Source of the DNA: Reclinomonas americana ATCC 50394
Taxonomy: Eukaryota
Assembly (NCBI GenBank): GCA_048213135.1
Contig: PS015061.1
Location: 302,628 to 366,627, forward strand
DNA: 64,000 nt
Direction: 5' to 3'
Under the pieces are notes generated by a model that worked only from the letters and a program-made list of their open reading frames with translations, was not told where the DNA came from and searched no databases. Made by a program: the position numbers and the translations under genes. Of this stretch, positions 33,902 through 52,469 are shown piece by piece (positions within the stretch are counted from its first letter, which is position 1; every line of letters begins with the position of its first letter).

Positions 33902-36900
33902 TTACCATGCCGAGGTCTGCACGGCGACGGCTCCGCTGCTGAAGATGGAGGAGCCGAGCGGTGCTTCGGCGGCTTGCACGGTGATGTGTCGCAGCACCTG
34001 CTCGTGTGCTTGGATGGAGTACCGCTGGTCGCTCTCGTTGGTGCAGAACTGCAGTTCCAGGCTCATGCCGGTCCACAGTGCGCGGACCGTCTCGCGTTGC
34101 ATCTCCCACGCCGCGAACTGCAGGTGTTCGCGGTGGATCCAGTGCACACGCAGGTCGTCGACGTTGGAGCCGCGCAGGCCGATAATGTCGCGTCGTCGTT
34201 GGAGCACGGCTTGCTTCCAGGCGTGGTCGTCGACAATGCCGAGGTGCACGTTGCGTTCGCAGTCAATGAGGCCGTCGGCGGCTGTGGTCGCTCCCATGGT
34301 GGTGCACGCCACTGTCTCGTCCAGGGCGAGCTTGAATGCCTCGCGCACCGAGCGCACAAAGAGGCGACGAATGTGCATGCTGGCCTCGAACCAGCCCGGC
34401 ATAATGGTCTGGCCGAAGCGGCTGTTGAACAGCGCCAGCAGGCGCTCGGCCATCGCCGGTACCGCCGTCGCCTCCTCCTGGCTGAGTTCTGCAGGTTTAC
34501 ACAGTGAGACAAGCGTCGCCAATGACGCAGGCACGAGGTCCCGGGTCAAGGGAGCACGCAACTGGGCGGTTCAATGAGAGCGCACAGCTCCACCACCAGT
34601 CGCTCGACTTGCGCGCGAGCGGCCAGCATGGACTGCGCCGTAAAGTGCGCCGAGCCTCCGCCGCCGCCACCGCTACGAGCACTGGTGCGCGACGAGGCGG
34701 GACCGGAGCGGACGGCGTACTTTTGTGGTGACAGCAAGTCGGCCACATCGACGGCCTCGTCGGCCTCGGCAGTGGTGACGGTGAGACCTGGCGGTTCTGC
34801 GTGTCCAAACTGAATATTGGTGGTTGCCATGGGTTCGACAGTGACCCGTGTGCCTGCGCCGAACGGATTCATCGTCGACTGCACTTGACGAGAGGTGCCT
34901 GCGTAATCACAAACAATACTGTCAGTGCGAGTGCACCAGCGACACACTTCTGCTCAGTAGTGAAACGCAACGAGCCACCACATTGCCGGCCTTGACGCCA
35001 GTCTTGTGTGCCTCCATCAACATGCCACGCGTCAGATCACCAATGGCGCCACCGGCGTAGTGGTGCGCACCGCGATGGGCACCCTCCTGCGGCTCCACAT
35101 CCAACACATGCACTGGCGGGGTCACTGGCTCCACTTCGTCGCTGATAATGGCCTCGGAGTTGCCGATCCTGAAGAGATCCGCCGCCGCCGCTTGAATGCG
35201 ATCTGCCGAGACGGCCGGACCCAGCTGCGACGGCATGCGCGGCACATTGAGCGCATCCGTGCTGCCTCCATCGCGCATGGCCGGCAGCGCCGGAGCAATG
35301 CCGGGCAGGAGACCAGCAGCGGCCGGCTGGAAGCGATTCGGACCCTGACCAAAGAGCGGTCGTGCCATGTTGTGCGTCGATGGCATCATTTGAATGGTCT
35401 CCACCTCGCTCTGCACGTGCACTACTGGCGGTGGGAGCTGTGGAGGCAGCTGTGGTGGTGGCGCGGCAGCAGTCTTGGAAATGGCAACTGGAGACTCCGC
35501 GGCACCTTCCTCGCCCTCCCCCGATGCGACAGTGATGCCAGACGGCAGCAGCGAGCTGACCAGGTACTCGAAGAAATCCACGGGGAAATCGGCTGCTACC
35601 ACACGGCGAGTGTGGGCACTGCCCTCGGCAGTCACCGCCGCACAGACGCTGTCGTGACTGCACGTGCAGAGGATAAAGAGAGGTTGAGTGAAGCTGGCCA
35701 GAGCAATGATTTGGTGCAAGGCAGCGTGCGCAACATTGCAGTGAGTCGACCAGGTGACCAGCGGCGAGCCACATTCCACAGCAGTGCACGAGCGAGCTGG
35801 CGACGAACATTGGCATAAAACAGTGCCGAGTCGACAATGCCACGGAGAGACGAGTGCTGCGGTGAGTAGCTGTCGAGCGTGCTTGATGCGCGAAGCTGTG
35901 ACGAGATGATGGTGAGTGCAACGTTGCGCTCCCACGGCCAGTGAAGGGAAAGCGCGAGTGTACGCACATCGTACGAGCACATGGGCGTGCTGGTGAACAA
36001 TGGGTTCCTGGCGGCGACATGCCGTCCAACGTCGTCGAGCCGAGTGGCCTCCAAGTGGTGGCACGATGTTGTCTGCAGCTCCAAGCCTTTGATGACGACC
36101 TGTGGTCACCCCGCAAAAACTGTGAGAGACTTCACTCGATGTCAAGCTGCACCACGGGTCGTGACTCACCGTGATGTATCCGAGACCCTCCTCGACAATG
36201 TCGCACCACACGATGAACGGATCGCTGCGTAGCACGAGGGAGCGATCGGCTGGCGACAAGCCAAGAACGCCGTGCGTCGACCACGTGGACAGAGTGTGCG
36301 AGAGCTCTCGCTGCAGCGCAGTGTAAAAGTGCACGTCGCCAGTCGTGACACCGGTGGCATCTGCGTGCAATAATGAGAGGTTCAGGGCAGTGAACGAAAC
36401 ATTTGGTCGTATTTGACTGCACGCACGAAGTGATGGCCAGGTGCGCTTGGGTCGGGGGAAGCCGAGAACCAACAGCGGCGTGCCAAACAAAGCGACCACC
36501 GGTGCACCGAGAATGGTGGCCACCAGTAGTACGGCAAACGAGATTGGGAAGAGCACGCACTGCAGCGATGTCACCAGCTTCCATCCGCGATACTTCAATC
36601 GACTCGTGCGCTGAGTTTCACGCAGAGTGATGCAACAGCAGAGTTATCAAACACACACGATTGCGACTCACCAGCATGCTCCACATCAGCATGATGCCAG
36701 TGAAGAACTTTTCACGCAAGTCGCTCAACCGCGAGACAGCCAGCGATGCCCAGAACAGCTGTGTGAGCACATGAGACTGTGAGTTCGACGCAGCAAAGTG
36801 AATGCAATCCACACACAACGATACCTGCGAACAGAGCGGCTGCGTCAACCACCAGCTGGGGGTGGTGACCAGTTCGCGCACAATGACCACGGCCGCAAAG

Positions 36901-39544
36901 CCGGGCAAGTGCACAGTCGGCTGCTGCACGGCGGCTCGCAACGCACGGAACAGCAGTACTACATTGACAAACTTTGCCACTGATGCCGTCTGCATGTGCA
37001 TCGTGGTGAGTGGAAGTGATAATAACTGTGGAAGTGAGTGCAAAGCGAGACGCAACATCGTTGGGCTGGTTGGCAAACAGAATGACGTAGACAATCATGC
37101 ACACGCGACCGGCCAGCACTCCGAGACGGAACACGGCACTGCCCAACTGACAGCCCGGTTGGCTGCCTGCAAGAACGGAAGAATGGAAGATCAGTTTGAA
37201 TCTAGGTGACCACCCTCTTGCACAGACACACATACCATCCATGCGCAACGCCCTGGTAAAGGGCAGTCGCATAATGTCGAGCATGTACGGGCGCTGCAGC
37301 TGCACACCGGCAAAGCTCAACCCGAATGCGGCCACCACACCCCACCCAAAGACTTGTCGTGTGAGCGTGTTGAGCTTGCCAGTGACTGTGCAAGCAAGTG
37401 AGAACGTGGGGAAGAGTAAGAAGCTGAGGATTCCAGCGCAACTGTCGCTCAGACTCGTCATGTCAGTGGTGAAATTGATAATGATGCCAATGGCACTGCA
37501 GGTGGCGACGAGCAATAGTTGCACAGCCAGCCACTTGATCGCTCGCAGACTGCGCATCGACGTCTGCTGGTGTTGCACGGCACTTCGATTGATGTGGAAT
37601 CCGGCAGTGGGGGAAAGAATGCGATCCATGCGCTGCGTACTGGACTCGGCCTGCAGCTGCTCTTCCTTGTCCTCAATCGACATTGAGTTGCACTGCACAC
37701 AGAATGCCAGCAGGGTCACACAATGTGTGTAGAAGTGCGCTAGCGTGTGAAGACGCAACATCGAGCACGCAGAGAATGTCTTGCGAAATGACCATGATGA
37801 TGCCGAGTGTGATAAAGAGGGACAGGATGGGCGTCAGACTCTCGTACAAGCCGTAGCCCTGGTGCGACAATCGGGTGAGGCGTCGAGCGAGGAAAAATGC
37901 AACATGAGGTGTCGACGGCTCACCAGCAGCACTGTGCCCCAGGCAGCAAACAAGTGGATGTAGAGGCGAAAATTGGAAGACGCCGGACTGCCAGCATGAA
38001 CGTGCACCAGCTGCACAACAGCAACACCAAGTCAAGACGACGTGAGTTTCGGTACTGGCACACTTTTGTGTGCTACATGTTGCACGCAACGAATTGCTCG
38101 GCCATCCACGAGAACAACGCGTCGACAGCCGGCAGCGCCGCCAGCAGCCACACCGCCGGCAGCACCAGGAACAGAATGTGCACTCCGTCGTTCACATTGT
38201 CGAGCGACGGTCCGATGGAGTCCTGCCACGAACAGCAATGAGCGAGTGATTTCATCACGCTTCCCACACAATCCAAACTGACCGCGATAATATGAAACAG
38301 TCCGTGCGCCATGACAATCAGTGGTCTGGTGAGACGATCGACGCCCTCGGCGTGCTCTCGCCGGAACACCACCATCTCAAATGGCTGGTGGAAGAGCAGA
38401 GGATAGAGTGAGACGCCCACTGTGAGCAGGCCGAGTGCGAGAAAGACTGCCGGTGGGAAGCTGAGGGACGACTAGTGAGAGGACGCGCATATGTGAGAGA
38501 GAGGGAGCAGGCACGCGTATGCAACGCACCCACGGCGTTCATAGAACGACAGATCCATGTGTACCGAGGCCAAGGCCACTGTACGTGAATGAATGCATGA
38601 GCATGAGCGATGGTGTGAGGAGAAATACTCGACTCACCGGTCAGTGCCGCAAAGGAAACATAAAACAGAGTCGACAACCACCGCTCCTTGCTGGTGGTGA
38701 CGAGGAAATCCGAGCAAAAGGCCGGGCGACAGCAGTGTTCCAGATCGTACACCTGCCGGGCGACACGTTGTGTAAATCACCATGTGTAAGCAGCGCTGCA
38801 GAGTGTGGCACGATGACAACTCAACCGGCTCATTGACATCGTCGTCATCGCTATCGGTTCTGGCCCCGTGCACTGCATCGGCAGCGCCAGCGTGCGTGCA
38901 CGCCACGCACGCAACGATCGCACGCACCACTCCCCACGCCAGCAGAATCGCACCTGCGCACGACCGATCAGCACCACACCTCAGAACCACAAGCAGAGCA
39001 TGACCACGCACCACCAGCAATCGCCGCCGACACGACCGTAGAGAAGCCGACGTAGCGATACAACATGGAGCCGCCGAGTGCACACGCCGGAGCGAGCATC
39101 CACAACAACAACTGCGACGCCCACACAAACCATCGCACTGACGACGGTTCTGACTCCGCCTCTGCATGCTGCTGCTGCAGTTGCTTCTGCGTCTCTCCAT
39201 CTTGCTCCTCCGCCTCAATCACAGCCACACGCTGTCGCCGACGCTAATGATCGGAATGAGTCACAACCGACGCACACACACAAGCGTCCGCTCACTACCT
39301 TTTGCCGCACAGCGCATCCGCACAGTCGCAGCCCGCCCAGCATGACCTCCAGCACTCGCCGCCGCGTGATGGCCCACTTGGTGCGGTCCATGATCGCGTA
39401 TTGCGCATCAACGGTCGTGTCATGTTCGGAATGGTGATTGTGGAGAGTGTCGTGACGCAGGTCGACATCGACGCCTCCGTCGCCACTGCTGCTGCCACTG
39501 CTGCTGATGGCGTCGCCGACAGCAGCGGCCGTCGCGGTCGCCAT
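33902..39544 (-). CDS. Pecanex-like protein (PCNX4 type), many introns
   Basis: Multi-TM exons; LVLGFPRPKRTWP, GMELQTTSCHHLEA-like motif, and pecanex C-terminal domain ETVRALWTGMSLELQFCTNESDQRYSIQAHEQVLRHITVQAAEAPLG. Confidence 0.82.
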
Positions 39545-39663
39545 TGCGAGCTCAACGATTGATATGAGAATGAATACGGTTGATCAGCCCGTCGGGTGGA
39601 TGGAACGCCAAAAGAGCATTCTTTGATAGTGTTGGGGGAAGCGTCCCCTCCGTGTTTCCCTCC

Positions 39664-42600
39664 ATGTTCCGCTTCTTTGAAAGCTTGTTCAGCACCAAGA
39701 ACAAGTTCACCATCGAGGTCAGCTCTCGTTTTTCTATTTGTGTGTTTGTTCCACGCATTGTGTCTCGCGCGCGCTCTCTCTCTCTCTTTGTGTGTGTGCG
39801 TGTGTCTTGCTCTCTTCCTCGTACTGGTGTGCACAGGCAGTGTGTCTGTCACCCGTGTGTCTCGCGTCTCTGTGTCTCTGTGCGTGTGTGGCGATGATGG
39901 CCTGCGACATCCCCTTCTCCGACCCTCCGCTGTCTCACACACGCACGCGCACACACGCGTACATCTACACACCGACACACGCACACACCGTTACTCTCAA
40001 CAGCTGCTTGTCTTGCATGCGACCATCTCTCGCACATTCCTCTGATGCACCGACACCAATCAGGAGAATTGGATCTCTTTCTCTCTCTCTCTCTCCCTCT
40101 CTCTCTGTGTGTGTGTTTGTGCTTGTGTCTCACTCTTGCGTGTTGGGCGCACAGCGACTGGAACAATTGCACAAGGAACTTGTACGGAATGCGGTGGTGA
40201 CGGATCGCAATGCATCGGTGGTGATTGAGACTGTGCGACAAATCGCCGAGTTGCTCATCTGGGGCGACCAGCACAACGAAAAGTTTTTCGAGTTGCGTCT
40301 CTCTCTCATTCTCATTCGTCACTCTCTCGCGTGCTGACACACGGGATGCGTTTAGTGTGTTTCTGGAGCGCGAGATGCTCGGCCAGTTGCAGAATGTGCT
40401 CAGTCAGAACACCTCCAAGTACGTCAAGGTGCAGCTGCTGCAGACGCTGTGTGTGATGGTGCAGAACCTCAGCCGGGAAACCTCGCTGTGTTGCGTCTTC
40501 CACGGCATGTGTTGTCAGAATCGGTGCATTGTCAGCTGACACAAACCCGGCACGCCACCGCAGACTTCCTGTTCTCCAACAACCAGTTGAATCGCATCAT
40601 TAATCACAAGTTCGACTTTGCCGACGAGGAGATTCTGCCGTACTACATCACGCTGCTGAAGACCGTGTCGCAGCGCTTGACGCCGCACGTCATTCACTTC
40701 TTTTACAACAAGCGGGCGCGTGATTTCCCGCTGTACACACGGTCGATTCGCTTCTTCCAGCACCCCGAGCGCATGATTCAGACGGCTGTGCGCACCATCA
40801 CGCTCAACATTTACAGGATTCGCGACGAGGAGACACATCGATTCGTGGTGTGCGGGCAGGCCGGCACCTACTTTTCACGTCTGTGCATCCAGCTGGAGAA
40901 AATGCTCGTGGCACTCGCCGCCGCACGCTTTGGCACGTCGGCCGGCCAAAACCTGGTGGATGAGATTCTCGATCTGTTGTACTACATGGCCGATATTTTC
41001 GCCACGGGCGTCGACGACATTAGTGCGCTGCTCGCACGTTGCCTCATCGACTACGTCTTCAACCCGCTCATTGTTCCACTCCTCTCCAAGATTCACAACG
41101 AGGTGGGGTTTTGCATCTTTTGCCTGTGTTGTTCGTGTGCTCCCCTTCGCTGACGCACGCGCTGTGCTGCAGTCGCCCGAGCACGGTGTCGTCTCGCTCG
41201 GCCTGTTTGCGCTGGCACACATGCTGGGAATCTTCACGTATGCGCCCCTCTGCAACCACATTGCCGTGTCGCTGTTGTCAAGCGGCGCGGAGGATCTGCA
41301 GTCGGTGGCGGAGATTCCCGCCGTCGTGTGCGTCAACACTGATTTTCCGGCTGGAGGCGGCAGTGGGAGTCCGTCGGGTTCACGGCGACAGTCGACCCGA
41401 CCTGTGAATGGCAGCGCGTCGGCTGCTGGCGAGGATGAGGTACGAGCTTGCCATGGTTGTGTGCAGGAAGTCGCTGGTGGCGTGTTCTGATTGTCGCTGC
41501 CTGTCGTTTGAACAGGGTTCCGAGTCAGCAAGCCTGTCCGACGCCTCGATGGTGATGGAGGGCGAAGGCGTGGAGTTCGAGTCGTACCGGGAAAACAGCA
41601 CCCTGTCGTGCTCGCCCGAGCAGCTGCTGGGTCACGAACTGCAACTAGATCCGGAGGCCTCGTATTTCACCAGCATATCGAGTGGTGCGAGCTCTGTGGA
41701 ACGGTGCGGAGGAGGCCAAGCAGCTGTAATTGTTGTTGTTGTTGATGGTGGTGGATTCTCACTCTGTCCCTCTCGTTTTGCACAGCTTGTCGCTGCGCGA
41801 AACTCTGAGTGCCTGCCTGCGGAGTACCGACGAATCGGTGTCGTGCTTGACTGCATACGCACTGCTCCTTCTGCTCCGGAACAGTGGCGTTGATCGGCGT
41901 GTGCTGGAGCGGTGTGGATTCCTGCCGTTCCGATTGTACCGAGCGCAGCGCATTCTGGTTAGTTGGTCACCTACCTGCACACGAGTGTTTTTGGTGGTGG
42001 TGGTGTCTTGCATCTGACCATCGCCGCTGCTCTACAGGACGATCTCATCTCCCCCGAGCGACGCGACTCGGCTCCCTCTGCCTCCAGCAGTGGTGGCGGT
42101 AGCGCCAGTCAGGTGGATGCAAGCGGTGGTGTGGCGATGGCCCGCTCGCCGATTGATGTCACTGGCTCGCCCAATGGCGCACATCGACGCGCACCCTCAA
42201 TATTTGGTGACGACGATGTCGATGGAGAGGGCGGATCGGCGCTCTCACAGACGGCTCCCGGTGCGTCCAGCTCGTCGGCGTCGTCGGCCGCCGCCAGGCC
42301 ACGAAGTTGGGCCGGACCGTCGGCCGCCTTGAGAAAAGAAGGTATGGCAACGCAAAAACAGCCCCCCCATTGTTTCACACCCGAAATGGTTGACTGACCA
42401 CCTCCTGTCCCGCTGCCACAGCGAGCATTGCGAAGCTGTATGCGCCCGACTCGGATCACTTGTCGCCGCGACCGGCGGATCTCGCGCGGGCACAGTCGTC
42501 TCCCGCACAACCACCGTCCGCCGCTGCGGTGCGAAGACCCGGTGGGCCCGTGTCTGTGACGGTGGATGTGCAGTTGAGTGTCACGACTCGCGTGGAAGGC

Positions 42601-44307
42601 ACCACCCCGGTGATTGCTGTCGTCCTGCTGCCGTGCGTCGTCGACTCGTCGCTGGGCGAGTCGGAGTTGCAGGTGGCGTCACCGACACTTTCACCACCAA
42701 CGCCACCGCCATCACGACCACCGCGTGCACCAGTTGCCGCGTTGGCGATGGATGCGGCGTCGTCCGGGAGCAGCCAGAGAATATCTTCGCAGTCGTCGTC
42801 GCCGATGCCGAGCCCACGGCCAGCAGGGTCCGACTCACTCAGGGCACCAAAGACACCGCTGGTGCCGAGGGTTCGTTGTCTCGATGTGCTTGTGTATTTT
42901 CATTCTTGTCTCTTCATCACGGTCGGCTAAATTGTGCTGTGTTGCGCAGGTGGACGAGTATCCGGCGGACATGCTCAGTGACATCTTGGCTGCCGTGCAA
43001 AAGCCGGATCCACGACCACTCACACTGGTGCTCATCGCCAAGCTAATGATGGAGCTCGTGTTTGTCAACGGTCAACCAAGCTGTCTTCGCGAGGAGCACA
43101 CGGCGCGCTTGAAGGTGTGTGGAGTTGGTGCTTTCCCCTCGCACTGCATCCGCTGACGCTGAATTTCGCCACCTCAGCAAATATCGTATGCGTACGGTGA
43201 GCGCATTCTGCGATTCCTCGACTCGGACTACCAGGACTGCATGTCGGACTTGTTCGAGGTTGAGTATCAGGCGTACGAGACGAGTTGCGTCAGATTGCAA
43301 TGCGCTGTTAATATGTACTGCTGCGTAGTTACTCATGCAATGGTACTACAGTATGGGGAGCACGGCTAGACACGCTGTCGCACAGTCTGCTGCTGATTGC
43401 CACCACGGAGACGCGTGATATTGATAGTACCGGTGCGCCGTGTTGATGATGCTGTCGCTGTCATCTGTGTTTCAATTCTGACGTTCCTTCCTGGCTGGTA
43501 CGATAGATTTCTGGAAGAGGCAACCACTATCGCAGATTGACGAGATGAAGCATGCATGGGCGGTTCGTGCTTCTTTGTGTTATGCTGCATTTTCCCCTGC
43601 TGTTTGTTACTCACTCGTTGGTGATCTGATGACGTTGCAGAATTACTTCACAATCCGCAAGCTCATGTTCGCGTTGGACAACAAGACCGATGAGATGCTG
43701 TCGAATCCGTACTTTGACGCGAGCCTCGGTGCGCGTGTGGGGACGGAGACTCAAGGTTCGAACCCTCTTGTCAGTACATGCGATGTGTCTTGACCACAAC
43801 AGTCGCGCTCACGGGCCGTCGTATTGCAGCCGGCTCGAATCCAATCACGTGCTCGGTGTGGATTAACAACAGGCAATTTAGGATGTACATAGACATTGAG
43901 GGCGACGTGATACTGGCGCTGCAGCCACATCCCACTCGGTTACGGATAGGTCGCATCGAGGCCGCCACGCTGTGCTCCAAGCTGCAGGTACTGCACTCAT
44001 GCAGCAGCGTCCCAGGCTTTTTTTGTGTGATGAAGACGCTTACGTGTGCATTTCCTTGCAGATGGCGATTGACCGCAAAAATGCCAAGACGTTCCGCGTC
44101 TTCGAGGTGTTCCCGATGGGGCCTCGCGTGTTCGACTTTACTCTCCGATTCGAGTCGGTGGAGCTCTCAAGACGAGCCTACGAGGCGCTCCATTCGGCGG
44201 TGGTGTCGGCGCGTGCACGGAAACGCGAGTTTGTGGCGCGCATGATTGCGGAGGCAGCTGGTGTGCCGGTGGAATCAGCGACAGAGTCGCCGGCTGAATC
44301 AACGTGA
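39664..44307 (+). CDS. CLEC16A: CLEC16A / GOP-1 / TT9-like FPL-domain protein, spliced
   Basis: [98 protein letters not shown]. Confidence 0.9.
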
Positions 44308-44629
44308 TGGGTGTGGAAACTCGAGAGAGGGAGTGAGAACAATTTTGACTGTCGCGTTAAGGGTGCTTCAAGTGTGTGCGTACCAAGTGCTTTGTTCCTT
44401 GTGTGTGTGTGTGCGTGTGTGCGTGGTGACACTTGCGGTTCTGGTTCCTGAACAATTTTTCCTCGCTGTTGGTGTGTTTCGGTGCTCTATTCCTCTCTCG
44501 TCTAGTCGGATATGTGGTGTTGCGAAATGTGTGTGTGCGTGTCAATAAAAAGACAACTAATGTGGTACAACAACAATGCGGCGAAGCTAATTTGGTGTTC
44601 TTCATTTTTCGTATTGTGTAGTTTCCTGG

Positions 44630-49494
<4,865 letters not shown>

Positions 49495-49590
49495 TGCGCG
49501 CACAAAAGACAAACAAAGTTGAGCACACAGTCGATCCATTGCAGCGGAATCCACGCACACAACGCTGACTTGCGGAGAGAGCGGAGAGCA

Positions 49591-50540
49591 ATGTTTGATC
49601 CACTGGAGTATGGGCTGCGACTGCTGACGACGCGCGTTGTGTCGTGTCCTCGCGTGGAACTCAATGCACCGCGTGTGTGGATTCCAAGTCGCACTGCCAT
49701 CTTCTTCCTCGTCTTTGCATCGTTGCGCGCATATGCACACACTGGCAGCACACACACACACACACAGACAGTGCACAAGCATGCGTGCGTGCGTGTGTGT
49801 CACACGCACACACATGGCCATGACTCACTCTCTTCTCTCTCTCTCACGCACGCGCAGCTACTTTCTTGTAATGTCGGGTGTGTCGTATGACATCATCAAT
49901 GGGCCACCGGTGATTGGCGGTGAGCCGGATCCCAACAATCCGGGGCGAACGCGACCGGTCGCCTTCATGCGCTATCGTATCAATGGACAGTACGTCATTG
50001 AGGGACTTGTGTCGGGATTCATGATCTTCCTCGGTGGTGCGTGTGGCACTTGCTGTTGTTGTTCAAGGAGTGCACGCTGCTCATCGGTTGGCCTCGTTAG
50101 CTGTCGGTTTGATGCTTCTCGACCGGGCAAATAACATGTATTACACGCCGTCGCTGGCGGAACTGAAGCGAGCGGCGCCTTCGTCGTCGTCGGGTTCGTC
50201 GGGTGGATCGGCGGCGGCCTTGTCGGCAGCGGTGGCCGCGAGTTCGTCGTCGAGTGCACGCGAAGGGCGCACGTTGTTCTGGGCGCAATTGGGAATCGGA
50301 GCGGCGTTGCTGGCCATTGGCTTCTTTGTGTTGCGTTTGGCTACTGGCCGGGGGGCGATATGTGTGTACATGTGAGCTGACATATATTGCGCAGGGTGAT
50401 TTCGTTCATGTTCCTGAAGGTGCCGGGTGAGTCAAATCTTCCTGTTGCTCTCTTGACGTGCGATGGAGCGTCGACAGCTAACCTTGCGCGCGTGTAAATG
50501 TGTGTGTCCACCCGCAGGCTACATGGCTCTCATGCGATAA
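49591..50540 (+). CDS. OSTC: Oligosaccharyltransferase subunit OSTC/DC2, 4 introns
   Basis: SYFLVMSGVSYDIINGPPVIG, RPVAFMRYRINGQYVIEGL, GLMLLDRAN, FLKVPGYM. Confidence 0.9.
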
Positions 50541-51132
50541 TGCGATGCCAGAGGGAGATTAGCCCACCGGCGAAACAAGAAGAGACTGTTCACAATGTAT
50601 ACCGTCAAAGAGATCCTGGGATCGTGGCGGAGAATTGTGCGGGAGCGCGACGTGCAAGCCTGACAGTGTGGGAGAGCTTTGGCATACGCAGCGGGATTTG
50701 CAGCGATGCTTGATTGTGTACGGGTGGGTCCGAACCACAGCTTTCGAGATGTGGTGTTACTGTAGACATCTCCGTTTGTCGTTGCGGAGAATGCGTGCAG
50801 GCCCGAGTCGCGTGCAGAATGCACGCGTTGCCAGTCACGAGCCGAGTGCACGCTGTGATCCCGAACTGCAACTGCATGTGCCTGTTCACGATTTACTGGA
50901 AAACTTTCGTCGTTTCAATTGCGAATGCATACAAAAGCGCCCGCAGCTCGCAACCAGCCAGCCCTTCCCCGCTTCCGCACACGCATACACGGCTTGAAGT
51001 AGTAGCCTCCCACTACGTACATACCGGTACCGACAACGGGGAGCAGAGACGGCAAAAGGCGTTGCACCGACTGACCGAACGCGAAAAACCGGTAACTGAC
51101 TGCCTACAGTGATAGTGATTGACAGCAATACG

Positions 51133-52259
51133 ATGAGCGGCAAGGTACCGCCCGCTCTTTACGCTCTCTCTCCCACACTCGCCCCCTCTCACACTCGCTC
51201 CCTCCCCACTCGTGTCTCTCTCTGTGCGTGTGTGCGTGGAAAAAAACAGCAAGCAGCATCTGGTGGCGGCTCCCCGGCAATGGTGTTTGCAAGTGTGGCC
51301 TCGTCAGAGGCATGGAAGCAAGTTGCGTGGGGGCACACACACACACACACAGCAAGACACGCACACACGCACACACACGCATGCACACTGATTGACTGAT
51401 GATGATGACGCCGAGCCGTTGTCGGTAGTTGTTGTGCCATGGCGCACACACACACTCTCCACGCACACTCTTATCTCTCCTCTGTGCTCACATATCCTCC
51501 GCGCGCGCACTCTCTGCCCTGCACACACGCGCATGCACACTCTCCACTCACATGATGACGCGTGCCTTTTTATTGATCACTCATTCACTCTCTCATTTAA
51601 ACAGCGCGTGGTGGCTGAAGACCGTGCGATGTTGACCTTCATGCGTGAGCAACGAGCGCAACACGGCAACGCACGACACATTTTGCCGCACATTTACTCG
51701 GAGGACGGACCACCACCAGAGGCTCCCAAGCTCTCGTTTCGTCTCTCCACACACATTCACGCTCACTCCCTCTTTGCTGCTCACACACACACGCATGCAC
51801 ACAGTCGTACCTTTGGTGGACCTGGAGCGCACACGGGCCTGCAGGCGGCACACCAACCGCGGCCATACACGCCCGGAAGCCTCTCTGTGGCCAGGTACAT
51901 TTTCCACTCTCACGTCACGTTTCCGCGTTGCTCATGTGTGTGACAGCTCGCGACCGGGAACTGCCATGTCGGAGGCCTCGTATGCCTCGTCGGCTTCGTC
52001 GGTATCACGAGCGTCGCATGGATCGCGCGCCAGCTCCATGTACTCGTCGGCCTCGAAGGTCGATGCGCTGAAGGAGCAGCTGGAAAAGGTCCGTGTGCTC
52101 TGTTCTCGCTCTTTGCAGTGTGTGCGTGAGACTGATGGGCGTGACGCACAGGAGCGTGAAGAGAAGGAGCGACTGAGACGCGAGGTGGAAGAGCTGCGCT
52201 CACGGCTGTCGTCGTCGCACGGCGAGAGCAGCCCGAAGAGCTCGTCGGCCACCAAATAA
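51133..52259 (+). CDS. Hypothetical small spliced protein with C-terminal coiled coil
   Basis: Exons QRVVAEDRAM..., SRPGTAMSEASY..., KVDALKEQLEK|EREEKERLRREVEELRSRL...*. Confidence 0.55.
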
Positions 52260-52469
52260 CTCCCCCCCCCTCCTTGCAAGCCAGCCAGCAAACGAGTTGC
52301 TTCTCTCTCTCTCCTTCTCTGTTTTGTCGCCGGCCTGTCCCCCCTCATGGCCCGCAAGAAAAGTCTCCCGCGAATCAACAAAATGTACCACCACCCCCGT
52401 CCTTGACAATGCATGTGTGATTGGTTTGGAAAATTCATCAAACGCCCGTTTTTTTCTTTGTTGTCGTCA

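Noticed and set aside
43750-43775. GGTTCGAACCC resembling a tRNA T-arm/B box
   Set aside because: No acceptor stem, D arm or anticodon arm; lies inside the CLEC16A-like gene.
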